NCBI GenBank assembly: GCA_965263355.1
Contig: CBDHHL010000032.1
Coordinates: forward strand, 2,912,001 to 2,976,000
Direction: 5' to 3'
Length of the DNA: 64,000 nt
Source: Leptolyngbyaceae cyanobacterium
Lineage (GTDB): Bacteria > Cyanobacteriota > Cyanobacteriia > Phormidesmidales > Phormidesmidaceae
Shown piece after piece: positions 30,871 to 42,328 of this stretch. The notes beneath the pieces were generated by a model, which saw only the letters and a list, made by a program, of their open reading frames with translations, did no database searches and was not told where the DNA came from. Position 1 is the stretch's first letter. Every line of letters starts with the position of its first letter. The position numbers and the translations under genes were made by a program.

Positions 30871-30901
30871 AAAAACCCCCTCTGACACTCGTCAGAGGGG
30901 G
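30871..30901 (-). terminator. Rho-independent terminator after gltA
   Basis: Reverse complement ccccctctgac-gagt-gtcagaggggg-ttttt. Confidence 0.8.
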
Positions 30902-30996
30902 CTGGAGTTCCTGAAAATCGTCACTGACATTAGTCTCGTTGGATTTCTCGGTATTGACAAGAGGGGTGATGCCCATCACACCCCATCAATCAGAAT

Positions 30997-32190
30997 TTAT
31001 ACGGATCCGTTCCGTATCGCAGTGGTTGCTTGAGCCTTTTTATCCCAAAGGTGTAGACGTTCTGAAACACTTGTATAGGACTGGTTGTGGGGGCCAGTAT
31101 AAATTTGCGTAGGCCGGAAAATTCGATTTTCTGCGAGTTGTTCTTTCCAGTGGGCTAACCAACCGGCGACACGGGCGATCGCAAATATCGGTGTAAACAA
31201 ATCCGTTGGAATTCCTAGCTTTCGATAAACTAACCCTGAGTAAAAGTCCACGTTGGGATAAACACCTTTAGGTCCTAGACGCTCAGTGACAGCTGTTTCA
31301 AGCTCTAGAGCGATGTCATAGTATTCATCCCGGCCAAACTTATCAAATAGCTGTTCTGCGAGCCTTTGCAAAATGGCTGCTCGAGGATCTTTAACCTTAT
31401 AAACCCGATGGCCAAAGCCCATGATTTTTGCTTTACGAGCCATTCGATCTTCTACAAAGGGGCGAACATTTTCCACTGTTCCAATGTCTTGGAGCATTGC
31501 AATGACTTCTTCATTTGCACCACCGTGCAGGGGACCTGCTAAGGTGCCAACGGCTGATGCAACCACTGCATAAGGATCTGTCAACGTTGAAGCAGTTACC
31601 ATTGCCGAGAAGGTAGATGCGTTGATGGTATGCTCTGCATGCAGTGTGAGACATACATCAAAAATGCGAGCAGACAGAGGGTCAGGCACCTCCTCATTCA
31701 GCATATATAAGAAATTGGCTGCATAATCGAGATCATCGCGCGGCTGAACCGGATCATTACCCTTGCGAATCAGCTTAAAAGCAGCCACCATGGTCGGAAT
31801 TTTGGCTAACAATCGCACTACAGCTGCCTGGATATAAGCTGGATTTTCCAAAGCGCGACGGGAATAAAATAATCCTAAAGCAGCAGCACAGGCTTGCAAG
31901 GCATCCATGGGATGACCACTTTCAGGAAAGCATTTCATCATGTCGCGGATGCGATATTTCAACCGACGATGATGTTTGATTTCATCCTTAAAGGCTTCGA
32001 ACTCTTGTTTTGTGGGCAACCCACCCCAAATCAGTAAATAAGCCGTCTCTAAGAAAGTGCTTTTTTGGGCTAACTCTTCAATACGAATACCTCGGTATTC
32101 TAAAATTCCTTCCTGACCGTTGACATAACTAATGCTTGATTCTGTGGCGGGAATCCCCTCTAAACCAGGGCGATATTCGCATAGGTTCAT
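30997..32190 (-). CDS. gltA: Citrate synthase
   Basis: HAEHTINAST, GPLHGGANE, GFGHRVYK, YPNVDFYSG. Confidence 0.97.
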   Translation of the reverse strand: MNLCEYRPGLEGIPATESSISYVNGQEGILEYRGIRIEELAQKSTFLETAYLLIWGGLPTKQEFEAFKDEIKHHRRLKYRIRDMMKCFPESGHPMDALQACAAALGLFYSRRALENPAYIQAAVVRLLAKIPTMVAAFKLIRKGNDPVQPRDDLDYAANFLYMLNEEVPDPLSARIFDVCLTLHAEHTINASTFSAMVTASTLTDPYAVVASAVGTLAGPLHGGANEEVIAMLQDIGTVENVRPFVEDRMARKAKIMGFGHRVYKVKDPRAAILQRLAEQLFDKFGRDEYYDIALELETAVTERLGPKGVYPNVDFYSGLVYRKLGIPTDLFTPIFAIARVAGWLAHWKEQLAENRIFRPTQIYTGPHNQSYTSVSERLHLWDKKAQATTAIRNGSV

Positions 32191-32306
32191 CTTTAATCGT
32201 CCTACCGCTACTCTCTTTTGTTCTTTAAGGATATCGAGAACTGGCCTATTCCGATATTTTCCATGGATGCAACTAAGCTTTTCTCAAAGAAAAATTAGTC
32301 TATTCG

Positions 32307-32825
32307 CTAGAGGATGAGGCGAGGGGGAGCTAGCCAAAAAAGCTCACTTTGACCAATGGCATAGTTTGCCTTGGGAACGGTTATGCCAATGATGCCAGCT
32401 TTTTTCAAAATCCATCGGTTGGTTCTGCTGCCGTGGACCAATTGTTGTGCCCAGTGGCTTAAGTCGGGTTCATGACCTACTAAAGCAAGGGTTTTATGGT
32501 CGGTTGACTGCCAAGTGGTCAGCCAATCTAGCCAGGTCTTTAAACTGCCATCAGGGGCCAAAGGTTGGAATACTTGGTAGTCCGGCGCTAAATTCGTTTG
32601 ACACAAAATTTCAGTAGTTTGAACCGCTCGCACTAATGGACTAGTGAGCAATGTATCAAATTCTAATCCTAGATTTACTAGTCGCTGAGCGATTTTTTCG
32701 GTTTTATGAATTCCTTTTGTAGTCAGAGGACGCTGATTATTATCTGAGGAATTGTCCCGCTCAGCAGCAATGCCGTGTCGAATAAAATAAACCTGAGTAT
32801 TGTGTATGTTGCTAGTAAGCGTCAT
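32307..32825 (-). CDS. sixA: Phosphohistidine phosphatase SixA
   Basis: IRHGIA, TSPLVRA, LVGHEP; upstream of gltA. Confidence 0.9.
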   Translation of the reverse strand: MTLTSNIHNTQVYFIRHGIAAERDNSSDNNQRPLTTKGIHKTEKIAQRLVNLGLEFDTLLTSPLVRAVQTTEILCQTNLAPDYQVFQPLAPDGSLKTWLDWLTTWQSTDHKTLALVGHEPDLSHWAQQLVHGSRTNRWILKKAGIIGITVPKANYAIGQSELFWLAPPRLIL

Positions 32826-33008
32826 CGATCTTGCTCAATCCTAGTTGGTCTGTCAAGCCTAAGATTTAGGATGAGGCTAGTAAAGAGTCAAACGGGATGA
32901 ATCGTAACGCTTTAACCTTTACTCTCTTCTACTAATACAGAATACTAATTTTTAGCGTTGATGCTGCACTAGTCTGTGTTACTTATGTCCTCGATGAGGA
33001 CAGGTAAT

Positions 33009-33512
33009 TTAACTAGGTAGACCGATTACGTACTTACGCCATTCCTTATGAGCATCTCCACGCGTGTGGCGAGCAATTTCAAAATAAAGACTACTGTGGG
33101 GCTGACGCGGTGTAATCCGCAACGGCATTCTAGCTTCTTTTGGTGTGCGGTTGCCCTTCTTTACGTTGCAACGTACGCAGGCAGAAACCATATTTTCCCA
33201 AACCTCTTTCCCACCGCGAGAACGGGGAATCACATGATCTAGAGTAAGACCGTCCCCGACATAACCACAGTACTGACAGGTATGATTATCACGATAGAGC
33301 AGGTTGCGTCGCGTCAAAGGAATTTCCTTGTATGGAATGCGAACGTAGTGACGTAGACGAATAACTGTGGGCAGAGGAAAATTTGCGTATACTGATCGAC
33401 TGTTGTGCTCCACAGTCTCTGCCTTTCCCTTAATAATCAACACAATGGCTCGTCGCCAGCTTGTGATGTTCAAGGGTTCATAGGAAGCATTTAGGACTAG
33501 AACCTTACTCAT
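33009..33512 (-). CDS. HNH endonuclease
   Basis: VLVLNASYEPL, CQYCG, DHVIPRSRGG, CVRCN. Confidence 0.92.
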   Translation of the reverse strand: MSKVLVLNASYEPLNITSWRRAIVLIIKGKAETVEHNSRSVYANFPLPTVIRLRHYVRIPYKEIPLTRRNLLYRDNHTCQYCGYVGDGLTLDHVIPRSRGGKEVWENMVSACVRCNVKKGNRTPKEARMPLRITPRQPHSSLYFEIARHTRGDAHKEWRKYVIGLPS

Positions 33513-33621
33513 TGAGGTTCATCTAAAAGTTGTGATTTGATACTAACACAGGTCGTTTGAATGCTTTGATAATTGCGATACTGCGGCTCTGGTGTGGTGT
33601 TTTCAGTTAGGGAGATCCAAG

Positions 33622-34824
33622 ATGCTGAGGTGGGAAGATACGCCAAGTGTGTCGGCAATGCGATGCTCACGTGCTTGGGTGGAGATTAATTTGGATGCCG
33701 TCCGTCATAATGTACGACAGTTTCGTAATTTACTGCGACCGACCACCGATTTAATGGCGGTGGTCAAGGCTGATGCCTATGGCCATGGTGCAGTAGCTAT
33801 TGCCCAGACTGCCTTAGAGGCTGGGGCCACATGGCTAGGGGTGGCGACGGTTCCGGAGGGGATCGAATTGCGTCAGGCTGGCTTAAACGCACCTATTTTG
33901 GTGATGGGGGCGTTGCACCATGCAGAAGAAGTGCGGGCGTTAGCTCGTTGGCAGTTGCAACCCACCATTGTTACTCCCAAGCAAGCGTTAGTGTTTGCTG
34001 AAGCCCTCAGTGATGCCTGTTTGCCGTTGCCGGTACATATCAAGCTTGATACAGGAATGTCTCGGTTGGGATTTGATTGGCGGCGGGCTTTAGAGTTTGT
34101 GGAGTTTGTAGGGCGGTTGCCTGCTTTGCAAATCACTCACTTATATTCTCACTTTGCAACGGCGGATGAACCGGATGATAGAGAAATGCGACGTCAGCAT
34201 GATCGATTTGAACGTGCGATCGCAATTCTCAAAAGCCATAACCAACTACCCCATCATCTCCATCTGGCGAATACAGCAGCCACTCTTAGTGACGCTGATG
34301 CACTCCAATACGACATGGTACGTGTGGGGTTGGGACTATACGGCTTATCTCCTGCACCGCATCTGAAATCTTTGCTCAACTTGCAACCCGCTTTGGAAGT
34401 CAAAGCACGCATTACGCACATCAAAAAGATTCCTGCTGGTGCTGGTGTGAGCTATGGACATCGATTTATTGCCAAACAACCGCTCACCATTGCCGTGGTG
34501 GGCATTGGTTATGCCGATGGTATCCCTCGTCAGTTATCAAATAAATTGACTGTCTTGATTGGCGATCAGTGCATTTGCCAGATTGGCGCGATCACTATGG
34601 ATCAGCTGATGCTAAATGTGTCTGAAGTTCATGGTCTGACAGAGGGCGATATTGTCACTTTGCTCGGGAGTTCCAACTCACATCAGATCACCGCCGATGA
34701 CTGGGCGAATACTATCGGGACAATTTCCTGGGAAATTTTATGTGGCTTTAAGCATCGGCTACCAAGAATTATGACAAGAAATAGTTCCAGAAAGCTTTAC
34801 CATGCTAAAGATACCTTGTTATAA
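33622..34824 (+). CDS. alr: Alanine racemase
   Basis: AVVKADAYGHG, DTGMSRLG, SHFATAD, GYADG. Confidence 0.96.
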   Translation: MLRWEDTPSVSAMRCSRAWVEINLDAVRHNVRQFRNLLRPTTDLMAVVKADAYGHGAVAIAQTALEAGATWLGVATVPEGIELRQAGLNAPILVMGALHHAEEVRALARWQLQPTIVTPKQALVFAEALSDACLPLPVHIKLDTGMSRLGFDWRRALEFVEFVGRLPALQITHLYSHFATADEPDDREMRRQHDRFERAIAILKSHNQLPHHLHLANTAATLSDADALQYDMVRVGLGLYGLSPAPHLKSLLNLQPALEVKARITHIKKIPAGAGVSYGHRFIAKQPLTIAVVGIGYADGIPRQLSNKLTVLIGDQCICQIGAITMDQLMLNVSEVHGLTEGDIVTLLGSSNSHQITADDWANTIGTISWEILCGFKHRLPRIMTRNSSRKLYHAKDTLL

Positions 34825-34839
34825 TGCAGCTCTGACCTT

Positions 34840-34928
34840 GGAGAAGTGGCTGAGTGGTTGAAAGCGGCTCCCTGCTAAGGAGTTATAGGGCGTAAGCTTT
34901 ATCGAGGGTTCGAATCCCTCCTTCTCCG
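34840..34928 (+). tRNA. trnS: tRNA-Ser(GCT)
   Basis: GGAGAAGTGGCTGAGTGG, anticodon loop CTGCTAA, long variable arm, GGTTCGAATCC; TATAAT at 34820. Confidence 0.95.
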
Positions 34929-34942
34929 TTTTCAAGCATTTT

Positions 34943-35512
34943 TTAGGTTGACCGACTCGCATTATGTACCGCCCAGAGTAAGCGTTCTGGACTAGCATTT
35001 GTATGGGCAAATGAAAACAAGTGTTGGAACACAAGTTTACCTGAACGACTTACTACAAACTGGGCTGGCAAAGGAGCACCTAATGCTTGTCCTGTCCCAT
35101 ATTGACGAAAGCTTGTACAACTAGGATCGACTAATAGAGGCATTGCTAGCCCTAAATCTCTTTGGATGAGCTTGCTTTGATCCATATCAGTACTCGTCAC
35201 CATAAGTACTTCTGCACCCAGCTGCTCAAATTTCTTGTAAGCTTCCACCATCGACAGGATATGTGGATAACAAAATGGGCAATACTGCTTTTCAGTAAAA
35301 ATGCGAGTAAAAGCAATCACTACAACCGCTTTATGCCGATAGTTTGATAGCCTAATCGGCGCTCTTTGCTCCACCACTGGGAGTTCAAAATCAGGTAAAG
35401 CTTGACCGATTTGAAATTTGCTTAATGCAGGTAGTGGTAGAAAATTTCTAACAAATCGCTGACTAATGACCCCGCGAAAATCCATCGAGGTCAGCTTAAA
35501 AGCTATAGTCAT
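34943..35512 (-). CDS. AhpC/TSA (redoxin) family protein
   Basis: PDFEL, YCPFC, thioredoxin-like fold; downstream of the 2-Cys peroxiredoxin. Confidence 0.85.
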   Translation of the reverse strand: MTIAFKLTSMDFRGVISQRFVRNFLPLPALSKFQIGQALPDFELPVVEQRAPIRLSNYRHKAVVVIAFTRIFTEKQYCPFCYPHILSMVEAYKKFEQLGAEVLMVTSTDMDQSKLIQRDLGLAMPLLVDPSCTSFRQYGTGQALGAPLPAQFVVSRSGKLVFQHLFSFAHTNASPERLLWAVHNASRST

Positions 35513-35565
35513 TTACACCTGAACTATAAAACTAATTTAATTATGGAGCCCAGTTTGTCCAGTCA

Positions 35566-36171
35566 CTAGATTGAAGCAAAAAATTCTTTAGATTTCACAG
35601 GATCAGGGGTCATTGTTTTCTCTCCAGGCGTCCATCCTGCGGGACAGACCTCATCAGGATGAGACTGTACATGCTGTACGGCCTGTAAAATCCGTAACGT
35701 TTCATCTACGCTGCGACCAAACGATAAATTATTGATAGTTGAGTACTGTACGATGCCATCTTTATCAATTAAAAATAAGCCACGGAGCGCCACACCTACC
35801 TCAGGTTCCAAGACATTATAGGCAGAGCTGATTTCCTTTTTAATATCAGACACTAGTGGATAGGCTAAATCACCTAACCCCCCTTCCTTACGCTCTGTCT
35901 GAATCCAAGCTAAGTGGGAAAATTCACTGTCAACAGAAACACCCAGGATCTCAGTTTTAAGACCAGTAAACTCCTCATATCGGTCACTAAAAGCTATTAT
36001 TTCGGTTGGACAAACAAATGTAAAATCTAGCGGGTAGAAAAAAAGAACAACATATTGACCACGATAGTCTGAGAGCTTGATAGTCTTAAACTCTTGATCA
36101 ACAACGGCTGTTGCCGTGAAATCAGGAGCAGGTTGACCAACACGCAGATATGCTTCCGCTGGACTACTCAT
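35566..36171 (-). CDS. 2-Cys peroxiredoxin
   Basis: [25 protein letters not shown]. Confidence 0.96.
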   Translation of the reverse strand: MSSPAEAYLRVGQPAPDFTATAVVDQEFKTIKLSDYRGQYVVLFFYPLDFTFVCPTEIIAFSDRYEEFTGLKTEILGVSVDSEFSHLAWIQTERKEGGLGDLAYPLVSDIKKEISSAYNVLEPEVGVALRGLFLIDKDGIVQYSTINNLSFGRSVDETLRILQAVQHVQSHPDEVCPAGWTPGEKTMTPDPVKSKEFFASI

Positions 36172-36387
36172 GCGTTTGTCTCCCACCAACTGAACTAATT
36201 ATTATGCACATCTAATGCTGTCTTAACCTAATTGTCTAATTCTCAAACGATGTAGCAAAGCCAAACAGCATAACTACATCGAAAACTGACATGTGGCTAC
36301 TTGGTGAGCGATATTCAAAGGCTCTACTTGCTAATCAAACTAACATAGTCACTCAAACAGCGTGACACGTGTAATGGAAAAGTAGAA

Positions 36388-36459
36388 TGGCTCAGACGTG
36401 ATTTGAACACGTGACCAAGGGCTTATGAGTCCCCTGCTCTACCACTGAGCTACTGAGCC
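36388..36459 (-). tRNA. trnM: tRNA-Met(CAT), probably elongator
   Basis: Reverse complement GGCTCAGTAGCTCAG...CTCATAA...GTTCAAATC...CTGAGCCA; paired 1-72, so not initiator; Ile2 not fully excluded. Confidence 0.9.
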
Positions 36460-36626
36460 GCTATTGGTTGCCTCATACTCAGCAACTATCCTAATTTATC
36501 ACGAAATCTCAAGGGCAAAAAACTACATAGAGAATTAGCTGACTATTCAGCTTCCCTGACAGAAGCTATCAAAAAAGTTTCAAGATAAGCCTCATATTTA
36601 GACATGCCATTAGATTCATGCTCTAA

Positions 36627-36661
36627 AGAGACGGCCTATCATCGTAACAATAGGCCGTCTC
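36627..36661. terminator. Hairpin downstream of the LysM/M23 gene
   Basis: gagacggcctat...ataggccgtctc. Confidence 0.6.
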
Positions 36662-36685
36662 AGGTTTTAATCAGTTACCAGTAGA

Positions 36686-38635
36686 TTAATTACTAGGTAG
36701 CATTGCCATCGGATTCACTGTTCCACGATCAGGTAAATGAACCTCAAAGTGTAGGTGAGGGCCAGTACTATAACCAGTACTTCCCATGTCAGCAATGTGC
36801 TGGCCTTGAGAGACCCGCTGACCAGGCCTGACTGTTATACGGCTATTGTGAGCATAACGGGTCATACTACCATCCGCATGACGAACCTCAACGAGGTTAC
36901 CATAGCCACCCGAGTTCCAGCCTGCCCTCTCGACAACACCAGCAGCAGCAGAAACGATTGGGGTACCTACAGGACCAGCAACATCGATACCTCGGTGCAT
37001 ACGACCCCATCGCCAACCATAACCAGAGGTCAACGTACCACGGGTAGGCCATATGTAGCCATTAAAATAGTCGGGGGCTTCTGGCAAATACTCATCAGCC
37101 GATGGCATGATTGGCATTTCAGGCGAGACAACCTGGCCTGCTGCTGAAGTAGGTGAAGACACATAAACACTTGGATCGAGTGGAGCAGCAGCTAGCAACT
37201 CAGAATCCTGTGTAGATTGATTATCGGAGATAGCCCGAGCCTCTAATCGATCGCCCTGGAATTCGGGGTTAACTACAGCACCTTCAGTGATTGACGTAGG
37301 CTGTTTTAATGCAATGTCTCTATCCGATTCAAGAGAAGGTTGGAGCCCCTGAGCAGAATTAACTTCCGCTAATAAACTTGCTGTATATGGATCATCAACA
37401 GTGACAGATTCAGTCTCAGCATCCAGGGCAACAGTTGTGTTCTCAGCTTGAGAAGCAATTAATCCACTCTGCCCACGCTGTAGACGCTGTAAAGTTGAGG
37501 ACGCGTTAATACGATTTTCAACAGTTGACTGCAATCGAGTCAATCGAGTGTCATCAAGATGGTTGATAGATGAAGAGGCAGTTAGTTCAGATGAAGAAGA
37601 GTTAGCTGAGGTGTCTGATGCATCAGCTAAAACTAACTCATCAGTGCCCTTCTCTCCTGGGACGGCTAATGTTTCACCTGCAACAATAAAGTCAGGATTG
37701 TCTAATTCATTGACATCAGCAAGTTCCTCAGATGTAGTGCCCAATGTCAGAGCAATATCCTCAACGGTGTCTCCGGGACGGACCTCATATCCTGGCAAAC
37801 TTGCTTCAGTGGATTCTTCAGGCAATGAGGAGGTTGTGGCATCCTCTGGAACAGCTTCTTGCGACTCAGCTTTTAAGGTAGCAGCTGTATCAATCCGTAG
37901 GCTGGCAACCTGATGACCTTCTGATTCAAGCTGTTGCAAATCAGCTTGAAATCCATCCGATTGGGATACTAGACCTGCTGAGCGCAGAGAAACATCTCCA
38001 GTTAGTTCTTCAGTAGCAACAACAACCGGCGCATCAGCAGTATTTGACGACAATTCAGACTGCTCTAAATTCTTGACGGTGCTGTCGGCATTAGGAATTC
38101 CTGCAACCAGGTGCTCAAGATTAGGTACCTGTTGCTGCTGACTTATATCACTTTGGGTACCTGGTAAAAGTGATACTAGAGTTGGCTTAGCTAGTTCTTC
38201 ACTAGGAACTTTGATTACCTGGCCAACCTGCAGTTTTGTATCTGGCGATATTCGGTTCGCAACCTTAATGTCTTGAACTTCAACCCGATGTTCCTGAGCA
38301 ATTTGCCAAAGGCTATCACCTTGCTCAACGGTGTGATAAACAGCTTGACCATTTACCGAAGGCTGCTCCAAATGATTATGAAGCACAGATGGTAACTGGG
38401 GTGATTCGCTTGAATTTGCCTGTGTTGTAACCGAAAACGATCCAACAGCTGCAGTTGCTTCACTATCAGCGAATAAAACTCCAGATGCACCAAACGAAAG
38501 TGCAAGTCCCAGCATAGCGACAGACTTTGATCTGCCACCGTTTACAGACGGAGCTTGCTCAGCAACAGCATTCGTATCGGAAAAACATGAATGACTTGCT
38601 TCAGACTTGGGCTCCTGAAAATTTGCTCGTTTCAA
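36686..38635 (-). CDS. LysM plus M23 peptidoglycan peptidase (NlpD-like)
   Basis: Two LysM domains (YHTVEQGDSLW, YEVRPGDTV); M23 HRGID, YAH, GPHLHFE; TTG after GGAGG. Confidence 0.92.
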   Translation of the reverse strand: MKRANFQEPKSEASHSCFSDTNAVAEQAPSVNGGRSKSVAMLGLALSFGASGVLFADSEATAAVGSFSVTTQANSSESPQLPSVLHNHLEQPSVNGQAVYHTVEQGDSLWQIAQEHRVEVQDIKVANRISPDTKLQVGQVIKVPSEELAKPTLVSLLPGTQSDISQQQQVPNLEHLVAGIPNADSTVKNLEQSELSSNTADAPVVVATEELTGDVSLRSAGLVSQSDGFQADLQQLESEGHQVASLRIDTAATLKAESQEAVPEDATTSSLPEESTEASLPGYEVRPGDTVEDIALTLGTTSEELADVNELDNPDFIVAGETLAVPGEKGTDELVLADASDTSANSSSSELTASSSINHLDDTRLTRLQSTVENRINASSTLQRLQRGQSGLIASQAENTTVALDAETESVTVDDPYTASLLAEVNSAQGLQPSLESDRDIALKQPTSITEGAVVNPEFQGDRLEARAISDNQSTQDSELLAAAPLDPSVYVSSPTSAAGQVVSPEMPIMPSADEYLPEAPDYFNGYIWPTRGTLTSGYGWRWGRMHRGIDVAGPVGTPIVSAAAGVVERAGWNSGGYGNLVEVRHADGSMTRYAHNSRITVRPGQRVSQGQHIADMGSTGYSTGPHLHFEVHLPDRGTVNPMAMLPSN

Positions 38636-39363
38636 GGAATAACCTCCTAAATGACCAGCGTTCAACTGTTCGAAACCAACTTGTCCCTATGCAGTTGCCC
38701 GATAGCAGGCCGTTGACTACAAGTTGAATCAGGTAGATAAGGCGTGAACCAAAGGCAAAAGAAAACCTTTGGCAGAGGAATACCTTTCGTACCCAACTTA
38801 GGCAAGTTTACACGACTTAATCAAAAGATCAATCCTGTGCAAAACAAGTTCCATTGGATTCTCAAAAATCAATACAAAATTGAATTTGCCATGGATTTTT
38901 ATCTCGACAGGATGTTTCAAATGCTTGTCCGAAATCCTTTGGATCCCTTTTGTAGTCAACTGTTTACGCTATTTGGTTGAGACCCTTTAAGAAGCTAGCT
39001 GTGGACAAAAAAACACACTTCCTTTTCAACGGCTGATTTGCCATGGTGGATAACCCAAATAGTCTTATTTCCTAGGTTTCCCAGTCGTTTTGCAAAATTA
39101 ATTGTGATTGCTCGCTGACTAGCCCTTGATCGATATAGAAAATTTTTATCGCAAGAACCATTGATTTGTATCTCAGGTGACTGTCTTGCTGAGATTGATA
39201 GGAGCCCGAAACCCTGCTTTTGCGCTTAACTTAACTGCTTATTAGTACATTCTTATCAAGGCGCTGGTGGATAGCGCCTGAGGACAAGCGGTGCGATATA
39301 TCTATAGGTTCATAGATATATAGTCTGATCGACTGTCAGGGTTGGATGCTCAGATATCTAGAA

Positions 39364-39855
39364 TTATTGATCTGGGCTTAGGGTGCATGAGGATAGATAG
39401 TTGAGCTGTCGTAGAGCTTCAAATAGTCCAATAGCGGCACTTACTGAAAGATTTAAACTACGTACACTGCTATGTAGCATAGGGATTTTAGCCGTATAGT
39501 CACAGGTGTCCAGGAGTCTCTTGGGGAGACCTTGACTTTCGCTGCCAAATAACAGCCAATCGTTTGTCTGATACTTAATTTCTATATAGCTATATGTGCT
39601 TTTTGTGGTGAAGCCTATTAGTCTGCCTCCGATACTTTGCTGATATTGGCAGAAGCTGTCTATATCTGGATGAACTTGTAGACTAACGTGTGGCCAGTAA
39701 TCTAAGCCTGCTCTCTTGAGATAGCGATCGCTCAGTTCAAAGCCAAGAGGCTCTATCAGATGCAGTTCTGTAGCAGTGGCGGCGCATGTGCGAGCAATAT
39801 TGCCAGTGTTAGGGGGGATCTCCGGATTAACAAGGACGATTCTGGGGATTGGCAT
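39364..39855 (-). CDS. trmL: tRNA (cytidine34-2'-O)-methyltransferase
   Basis: PEIPPNTGNIARTC, RAGLDYW, FGSESQGL, RSLNLS. Confidence 0.93.
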   Translation of the reverse strand: MPIPRIVLVNPEIPPNTGNIARTCAATATELHLIEPLGFELSDRYLKRAGLDYWPHVSLQVHPDIDSFCQYQQSIGGRLIGFTTKSTYSYIEIKYQTNDWLLFGSESQGLPKRLLDTCDYTAKIPMLHSSVRSLNLSVSAAIGLFEALRQLNYLSSCTLSPDQ

Positions 39856-40093
39856 AGTTGTGAATATCGTGATCTTTGTATCTTGGTTGGCCTTTTTCGA
39901 TGTTTTGCCCCTGCGTTTAACCGTTTTTATATAGGAGTTACTAATCAATCGATCTGAATGATGGGTCTTAGCCGTTTTTTTTATGTCCTGATCTCTGAAA
40001 AGGGCTATCGCACTGCCGATCTATATCATTGACCAATCGATGACTTGTAAATATATAAACGTAGGTTTTCATAGGAAAACTGAGCGGAGGATC

Positions 40094-41242
40094 TTATGCA
40101 GGTTGGCATAAATCGCTTTGTAAGGCTTGTTCTTGTCGTTCCATGATTTGGATGGTTTGAGCAATTACCTGAGATACTTCCAATCCGTTCTCCACTTGCT
40201 TTAGCCAGTTTTGTGACTGGTTGCCTTCTCTGAGAATTTGTTTGATAGGAGTTAGAAAGCAAGCAATGCCATGGGCTTTTGCAATGGGCAGGACTTCGTT
40301 ATAAAGCTGGGTGATCCAATCGGTGGCATTGATCAACTCACCGTCATGCCAATGGCGTAACTGTGCATTGAGACTAGTGTGGGCAACTTCTTGTTCATTG
40401 GCATGAATTATTGCCAATAAGTCATCATGGCGATTATTGATCGGCAATTGGCTAGAGGTGAGAGGATCTAAGCTTGGATCTTGCTGAAGTTGCAGAATGC
40501 GTGATTCTAAGAGGGCAGTAATTGCCAATAAGTGAATTGGATCGGTCACCAAGTCTGAAATTCTGATTTCAATGCGGTTCAAATTGTAAGGGCGACAGTC
40601 GCCGTTGGGGCGTACAGATATCCAGAGATGGCGCACATTTTGCATGGTGCCTAGTTTGAGCTGGGCTTCTGTCCACTGAATAAAATGCTTATGACTTTCA
40701 AATAAGGGAACATTTTTTGGGGTCTGGGGAAAGACATGCCAGCGCGTAGAATGATAACCGGTCACTTGGTTGTCAATAAACGGTGATGATGCACTTAAAG
40801 CCAGGATTAAAGGAGCTTCAGCCCTTACCAATCGACAGGCACGCATCAACATCTCTGGGTCACTAATACCTATATTGATGTGAATACTAGCGGTGACTAC
40901 ATTGGTCCCATAGGTATTCTCAATGTAGGCATGATATGGATTTTGCGGATCGGAGCGATAAAATACTTGGCTATTACCTGTAGATAGGGTGCTGCCTGGA
41001 ATTAAGGTGTAGTTTGAGTCAAGATTTTTCAGGAATTGTCTTAGTCGACGGCGAGGGGTCACTAACTCACAAAGTAATTGCTCGTATTGCTGTAATGGTG
41101 GTGTTGTGTATTCAACATTTCGATTGTCGGGTTCTCGCACAAATCCGCTCAGAGATTTAACAATTTTGTCTGACAGACCGATAATTTCTCCGTCGGTTTT
41201 GCCAGTGTACATTTCGACTTCAAACCCTTTTGACAGCAGCAC
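40094..41242 (-). CDS. gshA: Glutamate--cysteine ligase, cyanobacterial type
   Basis: LLSKGFEVEMYTG, REPDNRNVEY, TASIHINIG, MQNVRHLW. Confidence 0.92.
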   Translation of the reverse strand: MLLSKGFEVEMYTGKTDGEIIGLSDKIVKSLSGFVREPDNRNVEYTTPPLQQYEQLLCELVTPRRRLRQFLKNLDSNYTLIPGSTLSTGNSQVFYRSDPQNPYHAYIENTYGTNVVTASIHINIGISDPEMLMRACRLVRAEAPLILALSASSPFIDNQVTGYHSTRWHVFPQTPKNVPLFESHKHFIQWTEAQLKLGTMQNVRHLWISVRPNGDCRPYNLNRIEIRISDLVTDPIHLLAITALLESRILQLQQDPSLDPLTSSQLPINNRHDDLLAIIHANEQEVAHTSLNAQLRHWHDGELINATDWITQLYNEVLPIAKAHGIACFLTPIKQILREGNQSQNWLKQVENGLEVSQVIAQTIQIMERQEQALQSDLCQPA

Positions 41243-41668
41243 AATGTTACTCCGATGTAGGCTTTCCGTTTTTAAAAAGCGTGGCACCTGTCCATATTAA
41301 ATGTTGAAGAGTGGACTGGAACGGTCGCTGTTTGATGGGTTTATTCAGATATGCATCAAGGTGTCAGGTCGGTCTCAAAGGGGTTGGTGTAGATGGAACC
41401 AAGGCTGTAGTTAAGAACGTAGACTTTTGATTAAAGTGATGCTGGTGTGTCATCTTGATGACTGGGCATTTTATGTAAGATAAAGCTACTAAGGGCTTCT
41501 GCCTAGAAATTAGCGATTAGCTTAAAGAATAAAGCTAGTTTTCTCAGTGGCATGTCTATAAGGAAAATAAGAATAATTTTTCTCTTATGGATGCGATTAT
41601 CGAAGGTAGATAGGTTAAGCTACTAGGAATACATACCTAGTAACACGTCTGCTGTCTTATAGGTTTGG

Positions 41669-42250
41669 TTGACTGTGAATCAGGATATTTTAGGTTTTAC
41701 TACTTCTAATACAGTCATAAGTGGCAGTTCTATCGTCCAACTGAGTGCTGATGACTGCCAACGAGTGAGTGTCAGAACTGAGAAGTTGACATCGCGGCAG
41801 CGTCAAATTGTTGCGTCTGTAGCTATTCCACGGTCATTGGAGCAAGTGTGGAAGATTCTGACAGATTATGAAAGTTTGGCAGATTTTATCCCAAACTTAA
41901 CAAGTAGTCGGCTATTAACTCATCCTGATGGGGGTATCCGGTTAGAACAAATCGGTGCTCAGTGTTTTTTGAACTTTAAATTTTGTGCACGCGTCATTTT
42001 GGATATGACGGAAGTCTTTCCTAGGGAAATTGGATTTTCCATGGTGGAAGGTGATTTTAAGAAGTTTATCGGTAGGTGGACGTTACAGCCTGCGCTTTTA
42101 GATGAACAGGCTGCAACAATATTGGCTTATGAACTGATGGTGCAGCCACCACTAGCGATGCCTGTTCAGTTGATTGAGCATCATATTTGCCGCAATCTGA
42201 CTCAAAATTTGATAGCAATTTGCGATCGCACCACAGAGCAATTTGCCTAG
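41669..42250 (+). CDS. SRPBCC / polyketide cyclase family protein
   Basis: VWKILTDYESLADFIPNL, EGDFKKFIGRW. Confidence 0.85.
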   Translation: MTVNQDILGFTTSNTVISGSSIVQLSADDCQRVSVRTEKLTSRQRQIVASVAIPRSLEQVWKILTDYESLADFIPNLTSSRLLTHPDGGIRLEQIGAQCFLNFKFCARVILDMTEVFPREIGFSMVEGDFKKFIGRWTLQPALLDEQAATILAYELMVQPPLAMPVQLIEHHICRNLTQNLIAICDRTTEQFA

Positions 42251-42328
42251 AGCAAGGGGCGTGAAATGCCATCACGTAACTACCAAATGCTCTTAATAGA
42301 TATATCTGGTTTTTGTTAGAGCGCTTAG

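Noticed and set aside
30710..30979. 89-aa ORF between gltA and ndhA
   Set aside because: Runs through the gltA terminator; no recognisable motif
33009..33512. HNH nuclease as a mobile or defence gene
   Set aside because: Host-like composition; a conserved stand-alone type in a housekeeping context
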